Shown here one piece after another: positions 24,289-37,500 of a stretch of DNA of 64,000 nt. The stretch is from Dendrobates tinctorius (taxonomy: Eukaryota). A program made the translations under genes and the position numbers. Where the stretch lies: contig NW_027361696.1 in assembly GCF_039654945.1 (NCBI RefSeq), forward strand, positions 57,226,001-57,290,000, written 5' to 3'. The first letter of the stretch is position 1, and each line of letters begins with the position of its first letter. Below the pieces are notes generated by a model. The model saw only the letters and a list, made by a program, of their open reading frames with translations. It ran no database searches and was not told the DNA's origin.

Positions 24289-26764
24289 AGGGAAGGTGCC
24301 ATCCCCAAAAAAATTTTTTAGCAATTGAAAAAATGTAAAGAATTAATGTTTACATTTTCTTAAAAAATATCATTTGTTTTTAATTTTGTAAAATATGAAA
24401 AATAATTTTAAAAAGTTTGGCATTTCCACTTGTTAACACTAGGGGGAGCAGATACTGAAATTTGGCACAAAAACCTAGTGTACTGTACAACTAGCTCACA
24501 TTACTGTCCTGCAGTAATTATGGGCATAGTGTCAATGATGTTTGATTTTGATATATGATCATGCCCTAAAATGGACACTGTATGGGCGGAATCTGCTGAC
24601 ATGGGTGTGGTGTCACTCCTCTCCTCCCCTACTCGGTGCTTGCTAAGGGAAAAGAGAGGATGACATCTAGGAACACAGTGAGCAGCCATTTTGATGGGGC
24701 CTGCAAAGTTATACTGACTGTCTTTTCATGTAAAGTCTGGATCAGAACAGGTCACCAATCAGCAGAAATGTTTCCTGGATTTCTGTGGAGCAGACAAGAA
24801 GACGGTCCATCCATGTGTATAAAACACAGCGCTCTATGTACAATCCCTGGCACCGAACAGGGTGCCCCCCACAGACCAGCACACTGCTCTCCTGAAATAC
24901 TCTGTGCTGCTGTCACCCTGCTCCTTCCCCCATACATCTCCCTCTGTGACCCCCCCATAGACCAGCACACTGCTCTCCTGAAATACTCTGTGCTGCTGTC
25001 ACCCTGCTCCTTCCTCCATATATCAGGCCCCTGTCGCCTCGCTTTCACACATCGCCAGGACAGGATCTGAGAGGAATGGGGTCTTCGGTCACCGAGGATG
25101 GCAGGCAGCAAGGATTCTGGGAGCAGGGTGACAGCAGCACAGAGTATTTCAGGAGAGCAGTGTGCTGGTCTATGGGGGGCACACAGAGAGATATATGGTA
25201 GAGGGAGCAGAGTGACAGCAGCACAGAGTATTTCAGGAGAGCAGTGCACTGGTCTATGGGGGGCACAGAGGGAGATATATGGGGGAGGAGCAGGGTGACA
25301 GCAGCACAGAAATCCAGGAAACATTTCTGCTGATTGATGGCCTGTTCTGATCCACACTTTGCATGCAAAGACCCCATTCCCCTCCTCAGATTCTGTCCTG
25401 GCGATGTGTGAAAGCGAGGCGACAGGCGCAGTCTGGGGTGACGCTGGGAAGCAGGCTGGGGGGGAATGGAGCCATACAGTAACGATAAAAATGAGACCCC
25501 TCTCTTCAGCTGCCTCCCCTGACTGCACCTATTACCCCTGACCCGTGTGCAGGTGCTCAGCCAGAACCACCCTAGAATGGGTCCCCTTTTAGCAGATCAC
25601 AAATAATACCGCCATATACTTCACACACAATGCACAATACCACCATGTAGATCACACATAAAACCAGCAGGGTGACAGCAGCACAGAGTATTTCAGGAGA
25701 GCAGTATCACACGGCAGAGAATTAGATACACGGCTCAGCAGACAGTATCACACAGGAGAGGATTAGATACACGGCTCAGCAGTCAGGGTCACACAGGATA
25801 GGAATAGATACACGGCTCAGCAGACAGTATCACACAGGAGAGGATTAGATACACGGCTCAGCAGACAGTATCACACAGGAGAGGATTAGATACACGGTTC
25901 AGCAGTCAGTATCACACAGGAGAGGATTAGATACACGGCTCAGCAGTCAGTATCACACAGGAGAGGATTAGATACACGGCTCAGCAGACAGTATCACACA
26001 GGAGAGGATTAGATACACGGTTCAGCAGTCAGTATCACACAGGATAGGATTACATACACGGCTCAGCAGACAGTATCACACAGGAGAGGATTAGATACAC
26101 GGTTCAGCAGTCAGTATCACACAGGAGAGGATTAGATACACGGCTCAGCAGGCAGTATCACACAGGAGAGGATTAGATACACGGCTCAGCAGACAGTATC
26201 ACACAGGAGAGGATTAGATACACGGTTCAGCAGTCAGTATCACACAGGAGAGGATTAGATACACGGCTCAGCAGGCAGTATCACAGGAGACAGTATTACA
26301 GATATGCCCACACTGGTGAAACTTCCAGCCCCCCCCCCAATTATACACTAGACTATGGGCTGTATATGTCACTGTCCTCCTCAGACAGCCATAAAAGCAA
26401 AGGTGTCAGATTACCGGAGATCACTGGGGCTGTGTGTGAGTGAGGAGGCGGAGACAGAGCAGGAGGACAGTGGAGCTGGAAGCACAGTGCAGAAAGTGGA
26501 GCTCAGCAGATAGCACTGGGCTACAGTAAAATGGCGCCCAGCCACACCTACAGCAGTGAATGGTGCAGCCCACAGGAGCGTGCCCAGTTCACTGCTAATG
26601 AGGCTGCATGGTGGGGTCGCGAGCCGACCGCAGTCTCCTATGTCCAGGGACGGCCATATTTGCAAACAAACCATAAATCCTAGTTAGTACAACGTTTGCT
26701 GAAACAACATGTTTTGTTACTTACTCTTTTTTTGCAAATTATATAAAATTGCAGCACCTTCCCT
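24289..26764. mobile_element. Kolobok/T2-type non-autonomous DNA transposon, 2.5 kb
   Basis: TIR AGGGAAGGTGC / GCACCTTCCCT, TTAA on both sides (24285-24288, 26765-26768). Confidence 0.8.
25700..26290. repeat. 41-bp minisatellite (cagcagacagtatcacacaggagaggattagatacacggct), about 14 copies
   Basis: Read directly. Confidence 0.95.
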
Positions 26765-27979
26765 TTAACATCAGCTTACTGCTATAGAAACTGCTTAGTC
26801 ATGGGGACGGGGAGATAGGAACCCAGGAGGGGAATTCCCAGTGAGAGAGGGGATAAATAGGACTGGTTGGGGTTCCAGAGGTTAGTCCCGGGAGGAGCTC
26901 AGCAGAGGAAGACTCAGGATAGAAGATGGAGAACGGTGAAGAGCTCGACCAGGGGACTGACAGAAGACAGTCAGGAGGGTGGCCCTGACACGACGTACTG
27001 CAGGACAGACGAGGCCCAGGGGGTACCAGTTGAACGACGACCTCGGCCAGGTGAAGCGCTGGCGGTAGATTGGTCTAGGACAGTCCCAACGAAAGATCCG
27101 CGAGGGACGTCATCACGACTAAAGGAAAGGTGAAAGGTACCCGGGCCTGGAAAGGGAGAGCTGTAAAGGAACTGCGGTGCATGGCTAAGGTCGTCAGGAG
27201 GACGGCCAATAAACCCAGATCTGTTACAACTGAATTCTGTCTCCGTCTCGTCTTTGCATCGTCCGGTCGTGGTAAGCAGTAGACCACGCCCCAGTCAGGC
27301 CCCTACCACAATAATGTCACGGGCGTGAAAGTCCGATCTCTCAAAACATTATTATTTTTTTTTTTTAGAACCCATAAGGTCAAAAAAAAAAAAACAATCA
27401 AAACACTGTATGGACTGCAAACGGGCTCCACTGATGGAAAAGTTACGGGACTCAGAAGACGGCGGCACAAGCCAAATGGATTTCTTTTTTTAAATAAAGT
27501 TTTTAATTATTATTTTTTTGTAGCCAATAAAATAATAATGAAAAAAAAAAGCCTGGCATCTTCATAATCGGACTGACTGAGGAAAAAATAGGGTGACAAA
27601 ACGCCATAAACCAGACCATTAAAAACAATGGCGATATTGCAGTTTTTAGTTACTTTCATTGTTTTTTCCTGTTTTTTTTTTTTTTTCAGTAAAACGAACG
27701 TGTCTAAAATTACAAAAATAAGCCTCTATGTGGAATGTAAAAAGGAAAAAGTTATGGCTCTTGAATGGGGAGGAAACAAAAAATGGCGGAAAGAGGCAAA
27801 GTGGTCGTAGCACGATGGCAGCCTAGTATAAGGGGTACTTGGGACTATAGTGGCACCTCAGCTAGCTTTATCTATGGGGGGCTCTACTAGAGGGGCATTT
27901 GTGAGTGGCACCAGAGAGGACACCTAACGCTGTATACTGCAGGTACATAACCACTACAGCCTGCCCTGTTTATAGCTGC

Positions 27980-28150
27980 ACCGAGCTCTGTCCTCTGCCA
28001 TATTCCTGCCAGCTCTTCCCCGGAAAAAGGGCGCCGCCATCTTGGTTGCTATGGTGACCCCTGCCGCAGAAAACGAAAGTAATAGTAAAACCTCCTGCAA
28101 AGCTTCCGGTGTCGCCTCTCTAGGACGACAGAGGACGAAACCTGCGCACC
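27980..28150 (+). promoter_or_regulatory. Putative CpG-rich promoter/5' UTR of the CEACAM-like gene
   Basis: YY1 motif CCGCCATCTT (28034-28043), adjacent RFX X-box-like GTTGCTATGGTGAC (28045-28058), ETS core CTTCCGG (28103-28109), local CpG enrichment, immediately 5' of a Kozak-context ATG. Confidence 0.6.
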
Positions 28151-28172
28151 ATGAGGGTCTCTGTCCTGTCAG
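28151..28172 (+). CDS. CEACAM-like gene, leader exon (MRVSVLS + phase 1)
   Basis: gcaccATG context; donor CAG|GTAATT at 28173; phase 1 joins the 50192 exon to give the signal peptide MRVSVLSVFVATWMHSIFG. The link across 22 kb is inferred. Confidence 0.65.
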
Positions 28173-28469
28173 GTAATTATTATATCACCTATATACCCCC
28201 GTATAACCACCGCAGCTGTGTGCGGCCATGATGAGGGTGATAGTTGCAGGACACTCCATATGGGCGGCGGCCGAGGCCTCTACACATGGCTGCCACTACC
28301 CAGCTCTCCTCTACTTGCAGAAGTCATTTAACTAATAAAAAGAAACCAAAAAGCAATCTAGGGAGCACATACAACCCCCAGCAAGTCCTGTACGCTGGGA
28401 TGTAGTCTGACCACAATAATGGACTACTCCTGCTGCTCCCAACAGCGATTGGCGGAAATATCGACTCTC

Positions 28470-28880
28470 ATGCAATATATATATATATTTATTTATTATA
28501 TTTTCTTTATGCATTTTAATGATATATTATTGCTTCATTTTATATTGTATATATTATAATTGTATTCAATTTATCACCGTATGGTTAATGTATTTAATAT
28601 TTAATTTATTTATGTAATTGTATTCCATTTATATATTTTTTATTTAGTATTTTGTTTATAAAATATTTTGTATTTAATTTATATATTAAATTAGTATTTT
28701 ATTTATATAACTTATTAATGTAATTTAATGTATTTAATTTATACATATATAATACATTTAATTTAGTATTTAATTGTTTATATAATGTAGTTAATATTTC
28801 ATTCATATATTGTAATTTAATTTATATATTTAATGCATTTAATTTAGTATTTTATTTATTTTGTTTAATTTTCTGTATTT
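28470..28880. repeat. AT-rich low-complexity tract
   Basis: Almost only A and T. Confidence 0.85.
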
Positions 28881-29016
28881 TTTTCACTGCCCGGCTTTCG
28901 AGAGCCATTATTTTCTTTTCTGTCAATGTCATTTTTTTGGTGCCATTTTTAGGTTTCTGAGGTGTTTTTTTTTTTTTTTTTTTTTAAATCACGTTTTATT
29001 ACCGTACATATTTTAA

Positions 29017-29387
29017 AGTTCATGTCACACTAAGAGATATCGCTAGCAATATCGCTATAACTTGTGACATTATAGCGATATTGCTAGCGATATCGCTGTG
29101 TCTGATACTTACCTACGACCGGCTCCCCCGCTGGTTATTGCTGATCGCGCGAGAACGTTCAGGACCGTTTCTGCTGTGAGGACGAGTGACGAGCGTGGAG
29201 TCGGGCGGGAGGACGCATGATCGCCTGGTGTGACAGGTAAGTAGCGATCCCCGTCCCCAGCGATGTTGCTAGTGAGATCTGCCTGTGTGGCAGCTCACTA
29301 GCGACCACTTAGCGATGTACCAGCGATCCTGACCGCGTCATATCGCTGGTCGGGATCGCTGGTGCATCACTAAGTGTGACAGTACCT
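29017..29387. mobile_element. PIF/Harbinger-type palindromic MITE (GTCACACT-terminal family), copy 1
   Basis: Inverted termini ...tgtcacact / agtgtgacagtacct, TAA TSD; similar to 32665-33022 and 44378-44774. Confidence 0.85.
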
Positions 29388-30013
29388 TAAGAGTTGAGCC
29401 AAAAATCAGTGTTCAAGGGGTTTTCCATTTTCAGAAACACCTTTCTTCCGGTTGTAATCACCTGACGTAATCTGTTCTTGTAATGCGAACCCTATGAGTC
29501 ATTTATAACCACAGTTAAAGGGATTTACCATTTTGGGAAACCCAATCTCTGATGCAGTTTGTTTTAAACACAAACATACCGTTCTTTCCTCACCCTTCCG
29601 GGTCCAGCGCGGAGTCTCCGCCACTGCTCACAGTGTCTATTATTGTCTGCAGCGCTGATGTCACCTTGACAGCACTGCAGGCAATCAGTGAGCTCAAACA
29701 GCTCTACCCAAGTAGCACAATCTACATAAAGCCGCTGAACTCACTGATTGGCTGCAGTGCAACTCTGCTGACAATAACGGACATCGGGAGACTCGGCAAT
29801 GGACTCGGGGAGGAGGAGTAAATCAGGTTGTTTTTGTTTTTTTTATCGAAACTTTAATAGGTGTGTGTGCTATATAAAATAATAAAATCTACTTTACTCA
29901 TCCTCCCTGGATCCAGTGATGTCTCTCTGCAGCTACAAAATACAGCACAACTGACCACTCCAGCCAATCACCGGACTCTGCTGAAGAAGAACCTGCTTTG
30001 CCAAAAATGTATA

Positions 30014-30732
30014 CCGTATTTTGCAGATTATAAGACGCGTCGGTTTATAAGACACCTCAAATTTTTGGAAGGAAAATAGGAAAACATTCTTTTTAATAAA
30101 ATGGTGGTGCTTTTTATAATCCACTTTTACGGCAGCCTACCTGGGGGGCAGCGGCGGTGGAGTGGGGTCCCAGGTGGCAGGGTCACTGCTGCAGTAAACT
30201 GGCGGAGGCAGGAGATCCTGCGGGCTACAGGCTGGTAAGATGGGGTATTTGGCAGCAGCAGGAGTGGGGTGATGCTGCGGGCCCCCAAGCTGGTAGGATG
30301 GGGTTTTTGCCAGTGCAGGGGCTTGAACGACATTTTGTGAAAGCCCAGAGCCCCACAACTTCCATACTTTCTTCTGCGGTGGACTCCAGGAGAATGGGCG
30401 CCAAAGGTGACGCATGCTCTATTGAGTTCTTGGGAGACGAGATTACGGTGCCGAGATCTCAATCTGTGCATGCGCAGCCTTTGGTGGCCATTTTCCCGGG
30501 GTCCACCACATTGAAGAGTATGGAACGTGTGGGACTCCAGGATTTTCGGTGGAGCCCTCCCCACACCAAACACCCTGTTTTACCAGCCTGAGGCCTACAG
30601 CATCGCCCCACTCTTGCCTCCGCCGCTTCCAGAAGCTTCCGGCAGCAGCGACCCTGGGACCCGTTCTTCAGCTGCAATTCAGATTATAAGTCCTACCCCC
30701 ATTTTCCCCCATAAGCGCGTCTTATAATACGG
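30014..30732. mobile_element. Tc2/pogo-like MITE
   Basis: TA-CCGTATT...TTATAAGACGCG and CGCGTCTTATAATACGG-TA termini. Confidence 0.75.
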
Positions 30733-31197
30733 TATATTTATTTTTACTTAACTGCAGGCATTTCGAGATAAAAATATTTTTTTTGCAATTGAGTTTCATT
30801 AAAAGTTTTGCATCGTTAGGCCATTACTGGCACGTTCAACGTATAGGCATCTAATTCTCTGTACAGTACTGCTCTGTTGTACTGGCAATGTAGTGATATT
30901 GGGATAACTATTTGAGTCAGTAGCATTATATGGTGAAAATAGAAGACCTTGATGCTTTGCAGTTGGACACAGCACTCAAAAGGGAACTTGACCTCAATCG
31001 GTATACATGAAAGCAACGGTAGGAGTGCCGATAATTTATTAAGGTATTTGTGGACTAACCGAAAATATAAAAATTATCCCTTCCAGAGATATGCAAATAC
31101 TCTACACAGAGTCAATGGTGCTATGTAAATAAGTAATAATATCGCCCCTTCAACGAGCCTTGTCACACGACTTAGGATAAAAGCCAAACCATAAACT

Positions 31198-31249
31198 CTG
31201 TTTGCAGACACGTGTTTTGGTGTGTGTGCCCTTCATCAGTGCAAAGCAG
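31198..31249 (-). ncRNA. Decayed minimal type I hammerhead ribozyme motif in a retrozyme/Penelope-like module
   Basis: Minus strand TTTGCA-CTGATGA-AGGGCACACACACC-AAAAC-ACGT-GTC-TGCAAA. Perfect 6-bp stem I, CUGAUGA core, palindromic short stem III and GUC cleavage triplet; GAAA reads AAAA and stem II is eroded. Confidence 0.65.
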
Positions 31250-32664
31250 GAATTCTGATTTGGCTGGATGAGAGGTCTCTGACCGGTGGTCTATGGGGTA
31301 AAGTTGGAGAGCAAGCTCCTCGTGGAAATTTATATAGACGAGAATCTAGTACTACAGTAATGCTCTCTGCAAGCTGTGGGTAGAGCGAGATCGCATGGTT
31401 TGGTTATGATTAAGTCCTTCTCACACCCTGTAATTACTCGAGGCTCTTCTGGTATTTTGATAGATTGACTCCACCTCATTCTTTAATCTGTACCAGTAGA
31501 AGTCAGCTGTCCATCCAGTGGGAGATGAAATCTACAACCTCCTGTGGTCTCCCGGATTAGTGCCCAGATTAATTGTGACTGTTTTAGCACCTTGACATTA
31601 TGCGAGAAAGCCAGCAACGCCTTTTACTAAATTTAATAATGAAGTCCCTCTCTAAACGAGAACAAGAATGGACCAGAGTCTGTATGTTTTGGGTGCATGC
31701 CCTGCACTTAATATTACGTTTCACAATAGGTAACTTGAGAAACCTTTCCAGGAAAAATAAGTCATTGTGGTTAATAAAAAGAAACAAAGACAGTCTGTTA
31801 GTGATGGCAAACCAAAGAGTTACCATACCTTGTCTATATACATTGCTCACAAAATGTTAGGGATATTTGGCTTTTGGGCAAAATTTATAGAAAACGTCAC
31901 CATGATATTTTATCAGGAAAATAGGACTTTTAAGTAGAAGCATGCAATGGTGATTTCCTCAGCAAAATATATTGAAACAAAAAGCCAAGAACAGTGGTGC
32001 GTATACCCTCAAAAATGTCAATGTCTCAATAACTTGTGGCCTTGAGCATCATTTACAGCTTGTCAACGACGTCTCATGGTGTTCACAAGATGAGTTATTG
32101 TCTGCTGAGACACGGCGTCCCATTCTTCTTGAAGGGCGGCCACCAGGTCATTGAAGTTCTGGGGTATTATTTACTTTTAGAGCACCATTGATTCCATGGT
32201 GCGGTACATGAGAGAGGACTACATGCAAAACACACGTCACAATGAACAAATTAATAGTGACAGACTGGTACAGAGGGGTGAGGACTCTACCCTTGGGGGC
32301 TTACATTTTACAGGATACTGAGGAAGGAGACCGTAGATTCAAGGGTTGCAGCAGCTCTGGTGTTGGTGAGGTGGCAGCAAGGTCATTCCAGGCTGTAAGC
32401 TATTCCAAAGAGATGGGTTTTCATGTTCCACTTGAAATTTGCGAATGTAGAGGATAATTGGATGTGTTGTGTTGTGCCACAGAATTCTACAAGTTGGGGG
32501 ATACTCAGAAGAAGTCTTGCTGGCGATTGGATGAGGAACATATGAGTGTGGAGGGGAGAAGGTGGCCTTGGGAGGACAGGAGTTTAGTAGTGGGAGATAA
32601 CAGGAGATTAGTTCAGAGATATATGGGGCAGACAAATTATGGACAGCTTTGTAGGTCAGTGTTA

Positions 32665-33022
32665 AGCCCCCGTTACACACTGCGATATCGCTAGCAATAT
32701 CGCTGTAAAGTCACCGATTTTGTGACGTTACAGCGATATTGCTACATGTGATACTTACCTCCGACCGGCTCCCCCGCTGGTTATCGCTGATTGCGCGAGA
32801 AGCTGCTGGATCATTTCTCGTTGCTCACTTCCTGCGGCGCTTCCTGCTGTGCCGACGAGCGACGCGTGGATGCGGGCGGGAGGACGCAGGATCGCCGCGT
32901 CTGACAGGTAAGTAGCGACCCCCGTCCCCTGCGATGTCGCTGGTGAGATCTGCCTCAGCGATCCTGACCGCGTCATATCGCTTGTCGGGATCGCTGGTGA
33001 GTCGCTAGGTGTAACGGTACCC
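32665..33022. mobile_element. PIF/Harbinger-type MITE, copy 2
   Basis: Inverted termini, TTA TSD, inserted in the L2 fragment. Confidence 0.85.
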
Positions 33023-33111
33023 TTAGTAGATTTAAGTGGATATGTTGGAAAATTAGGAGTCAATGAAGGGATTTGCAGAGGAGAGAAGTGGATTAGTAGG
33101 GCAGCAGAGTA

Positions 33112-33485
33112 GGGTATGTGCACACAGTACGGATTCTGCTGCGGATCCGCAGTGGATTTGGCCCTGCCGATCTGCAACAGAACTGCAAGTGATGTACAGT
33201 ACCATTAAAGGCAGTGTAAATCAAAATCGGCAGAGCACATGCTGCGGATTTTTCTGCGCAGATGGGCTGCGGATTGAAAACTGCAGTATGTCACTTCTTT
33301 TGTGCGGATTTGCTGCAGTTTTCCTCCTGCTCCATTCTAGAAATCTGCAGGTGGAAACCTGCAGGGGAAAACCGCACAAAAACTGCAGTAAATCCGCAGG
33401 TAAAACGCAGGTCATTTTACCTGCGGATTTAGCAAAAACTGCAGGGAAAATTCCTCAGCAGATTCAACACCTTGTGCACATACCC
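33112..33485. mobile_element. Harbinger-type palindromic MITE (GGGTATGTGCACA family)
   Basis: TIR GGGTATGTGCACA / TGTGCACATACCC; relatives near 8750-8990 and 61533-62131. Confidence 0.8.
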
Positions 33486-33489
33486 TTAA

Positions 33490-34580
33490 CCCCTTCTCTC
33501 CTGGAGCTTTTTTCTATTTTTTGTTTTTTGCTCCCCTTCTTTCCAGAGCCATAACTTTTTTATTTTTCCATCAATATGGCCATGTGAGGGCTTATTTTTT
33601 GCGGGATGAGTTGTACTTTTAAACGACACCATTGGTTTTACCATGTCGTGTACTTGAAAATGGGAAAAAAATTCCAAGTGTGGTGAAATTGCAAAAAAGT
33701 GCAATCCCACACTTGTTTTTGCTTGGCTTTTTTGCTAGGATCACTAGATGCTAAATCTAACCAGCCACTATGATTCTCCAGGTCATTACGAGTTCATAGA
33801 CACCAAATATTTATATGTTCTCCTTTATCTAAGTGGTGAAAAAAATTTTCAAAGTTTGCTTAAAAAAAAAATAAAAAATTGCGCAATTTTCTGAGACCCG
33901 TAGCGTCTCCATTTTTTGCGATCTGGGGTCGGGTTAGGGATTATTTTTTGCATGCCGGGCTGACGTTTACCACTTTTGTGCAAATCCGTTCTTTTGATTG
34001 CCCGTTATTGCATTTTAATGCAATGTCGAGGCGACCAAAGAAACGTAATTCTGGTGTTTTGATTTGAATTTTTTTCTCGCTGCGCCGTTTAGCGATTGGG
34101 TTAATGCTTTTTTTTTTAATTGATAGGGCGATTCTGAACGTGGCGATACCTAATATGTGTATGTGGGATTTTTTTTGTTGTTTTATTTTGATTGGGGCGA
34201 AAGGGGGGTGATTTGAACTTTTAGGGTTTTTTTTATTTTTAAACATTTTTTTTTAACTTTTGGCATGCTTCAATAGCCTCCATAGGAGGCTAGAAGCATG
34301 CACAACCCGATCCGCTCTGCCACGTATGGGCGATGAGCAGATCGCCCATATGTAGCAGATTTACTGCTGTGCTTTGAGCGCCGACCACCTTTGACAGCGG
34401 GATTTAACTAGTTAATAGGCGCGGGCGGACGGCAATTCCGTTCGCACCTATTGCGGGCACATGTCAGCTGTTCATAACAGCTGACATGTCGCGGCTTTGA
34501 GGTGGGCTCACTGCCAGAACCCACCTCAAAGCGGAGATCTTTACGGTTGACGTACTATTCCGTCATCGGTAAGGAAGGGG
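33490..34580. mobile_element. piggyBac-type non-autonomous element
   Basis: TTAA-CCCCTTC left end; GAAGGGG right end followed by ATAA (degenerate TTAA). Confidence 0.75.
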
Positions 34581-37500
34581 ATAAGGTTCGACTGGAGAGG
34601 TGCGAGAGTGTTTAGCAGGTAGGCCACAGAGGAGGATATTGAAGTAGTCGAGACTGGAGATTATGAGGGCATGCACTATTATTTTAGTAGATTGAGGGTT
34701 GAGGAAAGGACGAATTCTGGAAATATTTTTGTGTTGGAGGTGGCAAGAGATTGGCTGTGAGGTTTGAATGACAGGGCAGAGTCGAGGGTTACTTCGAGGC
34801 TGCATATTTCTGGTACAGGGGAAACCTTGATGTCATTTATTGTGATGGATCAGGTAGGGAGGGTGCGTGAGATGGAGGAATGATGATGAGTTCAGTTTTA
34901 TCTACATTTTATTATTATTATTTATTGTTATAGCGCCATTTATTCCGTGGCGCTTTACATGTAAGGAGGGGTATACATAATAAAAACAAGTACAATAATG
35001 TTAAACAATAGAAGTCATAACTGGTACAGGAGGAGAGAGGACCCTGCCCGCGAAGGCTCACAATCTACCAGGGATGGGTGAGAATACAGTAGGCGAGGGT
35101 AGAGCTGGTCATGCAGCGGTTTGGTTGATCGGTGGTTACTGCAGATTATAGGCTTGTCGGAAGAGGTGGGTCTTCAGGCTCTTTTTGAAGGTTTCGATGG
35201 TAGGTGAGAGTCTGATATGTTGTGGTAGAGAGTTCCAGAGTAGGGGTGATGCGCGAGAGAAATCTTGAATGCGATTGTGGGAAGAGGAGATAAGAGGGGA
35301 GTAGAGAAGGAGATCTTGTGAGGATCGGAGGTTGCGTGTAGGAAAGTACGGGGAGACGAGGTCACAGATGTATGGAGGAGACAGGTTGTGGATGGCTTTG
35401 TATGTCATGGTTAGGGTTTTGTACTGAAGTCTCTGGGCAATGGGGAGCCAGTGAACGGATTGACAGAGGGGAGAATCATAGAATCGTAGAGTTGGAAGGG
35501 ACCTCCTGGGCCATCTGGTCCATCCCCCTGCTCAAAGCAGGATTCGCTAAATCATCCCAGTCAGATGTCTGTCCAGCCTCTGTTTGAAGACATCCATTGA
35601 AGGAGAACTTACCACTTCTCGTGGCAGCTTGTTCCACTCATTGATCATTCTAACTGTCAAAAAGTTTTTTCTAATATCTAATCTGTGTCTCCTCCCATTC
35701 AGTTTCATCCCATTGCTTCTAGTCTTTCCTTGTGCAAATGAGAATAAAGTTGATCCTTCTACAATGTGACAGCCCTTTAGATATTTGTAGACAGCTATTA
35801 AGTCTCCTCTCAGTCTTCTCTTTTGCAAGCTAAATATTTCCAAATCCTGCAACCTTTCCTCATAAGACAGGGTTTGCAGACCGGTCACCATTCTGGTCGC
35901 TCTTTTCTGAACTTGCTCAGGTTGTTGATGTCTTTTTTAAAATGTGGTGCCCAAAACTGGACACAATATTCCAGATGAGGTCTGACCAAAGAGGAGTAGA
36001 GGGAAATAATGACTTCACGTGATCTAGACTGTATGCTTCTGTTAATACATCCTAGAATTGCATTTGCATTTTTTGCTGCTGCATCACACTGTTGACTCAT
36101 ATTCAGTCTGTGATCTATTAGTATACCCAAGTCTTTTTCACATGTGCTGTTGCTTAGCCCTATTCCTCCCATTCTGTATATGCTTTTTTCATTTTTATTG
36201 CCCAGATGTAGTACTTTGCATTTTTCCCTGTTAAAAACCATTCTGTTAGTTGCTGCCCACTTCTCCAGTTTATTTATATCTTTTTGAATCCTCTCTCTCT
36301 TCTCTAGTATTAGCTATCCCTCCTAGCTTTGTGTCATCAGCAAATTTAATCAGTTTACCCTCAATTCCTTCATCTAAATCGTTGATAAAGATGTTGAACA
36401 ATACAGGGCCCAGGACAGAGCCCTGTGGTACCCCACTTGAGACATTCTTCCAACTGGATGTGCAGCCATTTACGACCACTCTTTGGGTCCGATCACTAAG
36501 CCAGTTATGAATCCACCTAACAGTTGCCTTGTCCATTCCATACTTAGTCATTTTTTCAATAAGGATTGCATGAGATACTTTGTCAAATGCTTTGCTGAAG
36601 TCAAGATATACTATATCTACAGCATTTCCTTGATCCACCCAATCAGTGATTCCGTCATAGAAGTAAATTAAGTTAGTCTGACATGACTTATTAGTTACAA
36701 ACCCATGCTGACTCTGTTTAATCACTTCATTCTTATCCAGGTACTGACATACATGTTGCTTAATAATTTGCTCAAAGATCTTTCCTGGTATAGAAGTCAG
36801 ACTCACCGGCCTATAGTTGCCTGGGTCCACCTTCTTCCCCTTTTTGAAGATAGGAACAACATTCGCTCTTCTCCAGTCTTCTGGGACTTCTCCTGTTCTC
36901 CAAAAATTTCTTCTGCTATCTCCTTCAGTACTCTGGGGTGTAATTCATCTGGACCTGGAGACTTGAATTCATTTAGGTTAGCTAAGTGTTTCCTCACTTT
37001 ATTTCTGTTTATAGATATCCTGGATTCTTCTATTCCCTTAATAGGACAGAGAAGAACAGTTGATGTTACATTTCCTTTCTGAGAGAAGACAGATGCAAAA
37101 TAGGAATTTAAAAGTTCGGCCTTCTCAACATCCTGTCTTACCATTTCATCATTTTCATCCTGTAAAAATCCTATAGCATCTTTGACTTTTCTTTTACTTT
37201 TGACATATCCCCAAAATCCTTTATTATTGCTTTTGACATCTCTTGCAAGCCTCAATTCATTGTCAGCTTTAGATAATCTGATTTGTGCCCTGCAGGTTCT
37301 GCAGACAGCATTATATTCTTCTTTAGATATGCCTCCCTCTTTCCATTTTATAAACATTTTTTTCTTCCTTTTTAGCATGTGCTTAAGTTCTGTGTTCATC
37401 CATCCTGGCTTCCTTAAATGCTTCCTATTCTTCCCTCTTTTCGGAATTGTTAACAGTTGTGCTTTGAGAATTTCATTTTTCAAGATTTCCCATCCTTCCT

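Larger units (their letters stand above)
32150..35471 (-). mobile_element. L2-clade LINE 3' fragments: an older copy (32150-34910) interrupted by MITEs and a younger 3' end (34910-35471) with (TAA)n tail
   Basis: TYKAIHNLSPPYI...PTRNLRSS...FSRASPLLWNSLPQHIR...FKKSLKTHLF and related older translations. Confidence 0.85.

Noticed and set aside
25700-26290. Regularly spaced repeats as a possible CRISPR array (also 720-881, 46204-46826)
   Set aside because: Head-to-tail units with no unique spacers, no cas genes, vertebrate context
26800-27310. LTR-like segment ending CTACCACA with AATAAA
   Set aside because: Left TG terminus and TSD not identifiable
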